Positions 61,600 to 64,000 of a stretch of 64,000 nt of DNA are shown piece after piece (the first letter of the stretch is position 1; each line of letters opens with the position of its first letter). The position numbers and the translations under genes are program-made. The notes under the pieces were generated by a model, which was given only the letters and a program-made list of their open reading frames with translations, was not told where the DNA came from and ran no database searches. The stretch spans positions 672,001 to 736,000 of the forward strand of contig CAVVHS010000006.1 in NCBI GenBank assembly GCA_963748215.1. Reading direction: 5' to 3'. Origin of the DNA: an uncultured Gammaproteobacteria bacterium. GTDB lineage: Bacteria > Pseudomonadota > Gammaproteobacteria > UBA9214.

Positions 61600-62570
61600 T
61601 GCGACTGTCCCGTGAAAGCGACCCGGCACCGGGTGTCCGGTTGCCTGTGCACCAACACGCACACCGCGCCCGGCACACCCTGACCGCGCGCAGCCGCATA
61701 CCCGGGCAACGGGGCATCGCACTGCTGATCGTACTGTGGATTGTGGCGCTGCTTGCGATCATAGCCGGCAGCAGCGCGGTCAGCGTAAGAACGCAGACCG
61801 CGATCGTGGACAACCTGGTTGTTTCGGCCCGCGCCCGTGCCGCGGCGCAGGCCGGGCTGCACTATGCCGCCTTCCAGCTGCTCAAGCAGAACGCCGCAGA
61901 GCGCTGGCGCACTGACGGCACCGTGTACGAGCTGGGCTATGGCGATGCCCGCCTGCGCATCACCGCGGTCGAAGAAGCTGGAAAAGTCAGCCTCAACGCC
62001 GCACCCGGCGATATGATCGGCAGGCTGTTGCGTACGGCCGGCATCGATGACGACCGCGCTGCGGCACTGGTCGATGCCATTCTGGACTGGCGTGATCCCG
62101 ATGACCTGCGGCGCATCAACGGCGCCGAACAGGATGACTACCGGGCTGCCGGCCGCAGTTACCTGCCGAGAAACAGTCCGTTTCAAAGCAACGATGAAGT
62201 GGCGCTGGTGCTGGGCATGCAACCCGACGACTTTGCCAGGATACAAGGCGCGGTGACTGCCTATTCGGGATCTGCCAGTGTTGATCCGGCCGTGGCGGTA
62301 CCGCTGGTCCGGCTTGCCCTGAACGGGGGCATACCAGGTGATACCGAGTCCGCTCAATCTGCCCTGGCCAGCACTGCGCTTGGAACCCTGCGACCCACTG
62401 CCCCGGGTTCCCTGCTCAGTGTCCATGTCGAGGCCGGGATGCCCGGTGGTGTGCGGGAGCGGTTAACGGCAGTGATCAAACTCAGGCCGGCACAACAGGG
62501 AGCGGCGTTTGCGGTGTTCGCCTGGCAGGAGCAGGCCGGGGCGATGCTCCCCGGGCGAAACGCTGATTAA
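61599..62570 (+). CDS. gspK: T2SS minor pseudopilin K
   Basis: RGIALLIVLW (no E5); EAGKVSLN; ILDWRDPDD...GAE. Confidence 0.9.
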   Translation: MRLSRESDPAPGVRLPVHQHAHRARHTLTARSRIPGQRGIALLIVLWIVALLAIIAGSSAVSVRTQTAIVDNLVVSARARAAAQAGLHYAAFQLLKQNAAERWRTDGTVYELGYGDARLRITAVEEAGKVSLNAAPGDMIGRLLRTAGIDDDRAAALVDAILDWRDPDDLRRINGAEQDDYRAAGRSYLPRNSPFQSNDEVALVLGMQPDDFARIQGAVTAYSGSASVDPAVAVPLVRLALNGGIPGDTESAQSALASTALGTLRPTAPGSLLSVHVEAGMPGGVRERLTAVIKLRPAQQGAAFAVFAWQEQAGAMLPGRNAD

Positions 62571-62615
62571 TACCTCTGCCTTCAAGCCTGCACACGGGAT
62601 ATATTGCAACCCTGC

Positions 62616-63161
62616 TCAGGGTCGCAAGCCCGGCAGAAGTCCGGCAGGCATGCCGTTGTTAGTACGGATCTCCTTGTCCGGTTCGAGGGCAAGCTCCAGT
62701 CGCTCCTCGCCGCGTGTGAAGGTGGCGCCCGCGCTCTGAACACGCTCGACCGTCCAGCCCTGGTGTGACATACCCTCTGCAAGCTGCAGCAGCTGGTTGT
62801 TGCCGAGATCGCGGACCACGACGATCCGCGACTCGGGGGTGATGACCACCCCTTCCAGTTGCAGACGGACAGGAGGGCCCTTCGCCACGGGCTTTTCCGA
62901 TGTCGCCGGCTCTGCGGGCGGCTGACGCCCCTCGCTGAACAACGGGCGCTCGAGGATCTCGTCGAACATCCCGATGGGGGGAGCCTTGTAGGTCATTCGG
63001 GTGAGCGGAACAGCATTGTCTGATCCCGGGCGCGACTCCGCCGGGTCGCTGATTCGGGTCTGTGTCGCGAAATACCATTCGGCCGCGACCAGGACAGCCA
63101 TCAAGGCGCAGGCCAGCAGCAGGAACGGCGTCAGTCTGTTACCAAAAGGGAGACGCTTCAT
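62616..63161 (-). CDS. T2SS accessory protein (XpsN/GspC-like)
   Basis: N-terminal TM helix, ERPLFSEGRQPP, LEGVVITP, GWTVERV; overlaps the gspM stop. Confidence 0.65.
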   Translation of the reverse strand: MKRLPFGNRLTPFLLLACALMAVLVAAEWYFATQTRISDPAESRPGSDNAVPLTRMTYKAPPIGMFDEILERPLFSEGRQPPAEPATSEKPVAKGPPVRLQLEGVVITPESRIVVVRDLGNNQLLQLAEGMSHQGWTVERVQSAGATFTRGEERLELALEPDKEIRTNNGMPAGLLPGLRP

Positions 63162-63736
63162 GATTGATGCGGCATGTAGCCGACCAGTTCGAAATCCATG
63201 TCAAGGCTCTGCCGGGTATTGACCTTACGCTGCTGGTAACGACTGCCGAGCGCGCGCACCGACACCGAGTCCAGAAACAGAAACAGTTTATCGGTCTCGA
63301 TGCTGTAGAATACCGCCACGGCGCTCTCCAGTGTGCCGCGCATACGCACTCTCAGGGCGACGCGGGTAAATCCCTGCTCCTGCACCGGCGGTACGATCTG
63401 TGTGCTCAGGATCTCGGCCTGATTCGCCGTAACGATACGCTTCACGACCTGCTGCAGCTCGGCAGCAGCCAGCGATTCGTTGTCACTGGTCAGATAGCGC
63501 ACATCGGACACCTGCCAGCTTTTCAGCTGTTCGTAGCGCGGCTGCAGGCTCGCGCCGGCTGCAGCAACCTGCCTGAGTTGCTGCCACCGGCCCTGCAGGG
63601 CGTCGATGTTGTCCTGATAGTGGCGGTTCGCCAGCCAGAGCGGCAGCACCGTCACGCTCATGACCAGCCCGACCAGCAGGATCAGGATTGCCACAGCCGC
63701 CGCACGACGCTGCCCGTCACTCAAGGTTTCGATCAT
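63158..63736 (-). CDS. gspM: T2SS protein M
   Basis: TM helix, coiled segment, LAAAELQQVVK, IETDKLFLFLDSVSV; follows the GspL-like gene. Confidence 0.8.
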   Translation of the reverse strand: MIETLSDGQRRAAAVAILILLVGLVMSVTVLPLWLANRHYQDNIDALQGRWQQLRQVAAAGASLQPRYEQLKSWQVSDVRYLTSDNESLAAAELQQVVKRIVTANQAEILSTQIVPPVQEQGFTRVALRVRMRGTLESAVAVFYSIETDKLFLFLDSVSVRALGSRYQQRKVNTRQSLDMDFELVGYMPHQS

Positions 63737-64000
63737 GGCACCGCTCCCTCCACCACATCTGCAGACAGGTGGAAACGCTCTGCATTCGAGCGCGCGACCT
63801 GGGTAATCGGCGAGCGAAAACGTGCGTTTTGCAGGAGGGGCGAGGATTCGATGAGCGGGATAAGTGCCGCCACAGCTGTGGATTCTCCCTGCAGCTGGAC
63901 TTCCGAACCCTTGATCTCCAGCCGGTTGACCCAGGTGTCATCGGGCAGAATTCGCGTGACTTCATTCAAAATCTGCAGCGTCAGCAGCCTTGACTGCTTC
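63733..64000 (-). CDS. gspL: T2SS protein L / PilN-domain protein, 3' end only
   Basis: LNEVTRILPDDTWVNRLE...LQGES...LIESSPLLQNARFRSPI; 5' part outside the window. Confidence 0.75.
   Translation of the reverse strand, partial: KQSRLLTLQILNEVTRILPDDTWVNRLEIKGSEVQLQGESTAVAALIPLIESSPLLQNARFRSPITQVARSNAERFHLSADVVEGAVP

Overview
GC-rich bacterial chromosomal window, most likely a sulfur-storing (marine?) gammaproteobacterium; this is inferred from FleQ, a RelA-type synthetase and two sulfur-globule-protein-like genes. 1-6 kb: a globin-PAS-GGDEF sensor (partial, absent from the ORF track), fleQ, a 55-aa FlgM-like gene, tRNA-Arg(CCT), tRNA-Ala(CGC) and relA. 6-20.4 kb: a minus-strand run of SCP2 protein, RND pump (MFP + permease), two Pro-rich exported proteins, two tandem Sgp-like proteins, DUF4412-like, short ParA, TM-TPR, DUF302 and a dynamin-like GTPase; a candidate sulfur-globule biogenesis/positioning cluster. 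21-30 kb: envelope and signalling genes, a frameshifted DUF1631 gene, PilZ, a candidate structured ncRNA and MITE/REP repeats. 30-64 kb: the most striking part, an apparent cell-surface system. It has two paralogous 9-10-heme cytochromes (one a lipoprotein, one with Ig stalks and a TSP3-dockerin module), a subtilase carrying a closely similar dockerin module, a cohesin-like PEP-CTERM anchor under a sigma54-type promoter, a TIGR03790/Calx-beta surface protein, folding helpers (TlpA, PpiC, FKBP-like, rhodanese) and a type II secretion cluster. All calls come from reading motifs by eye; no database searches were run.
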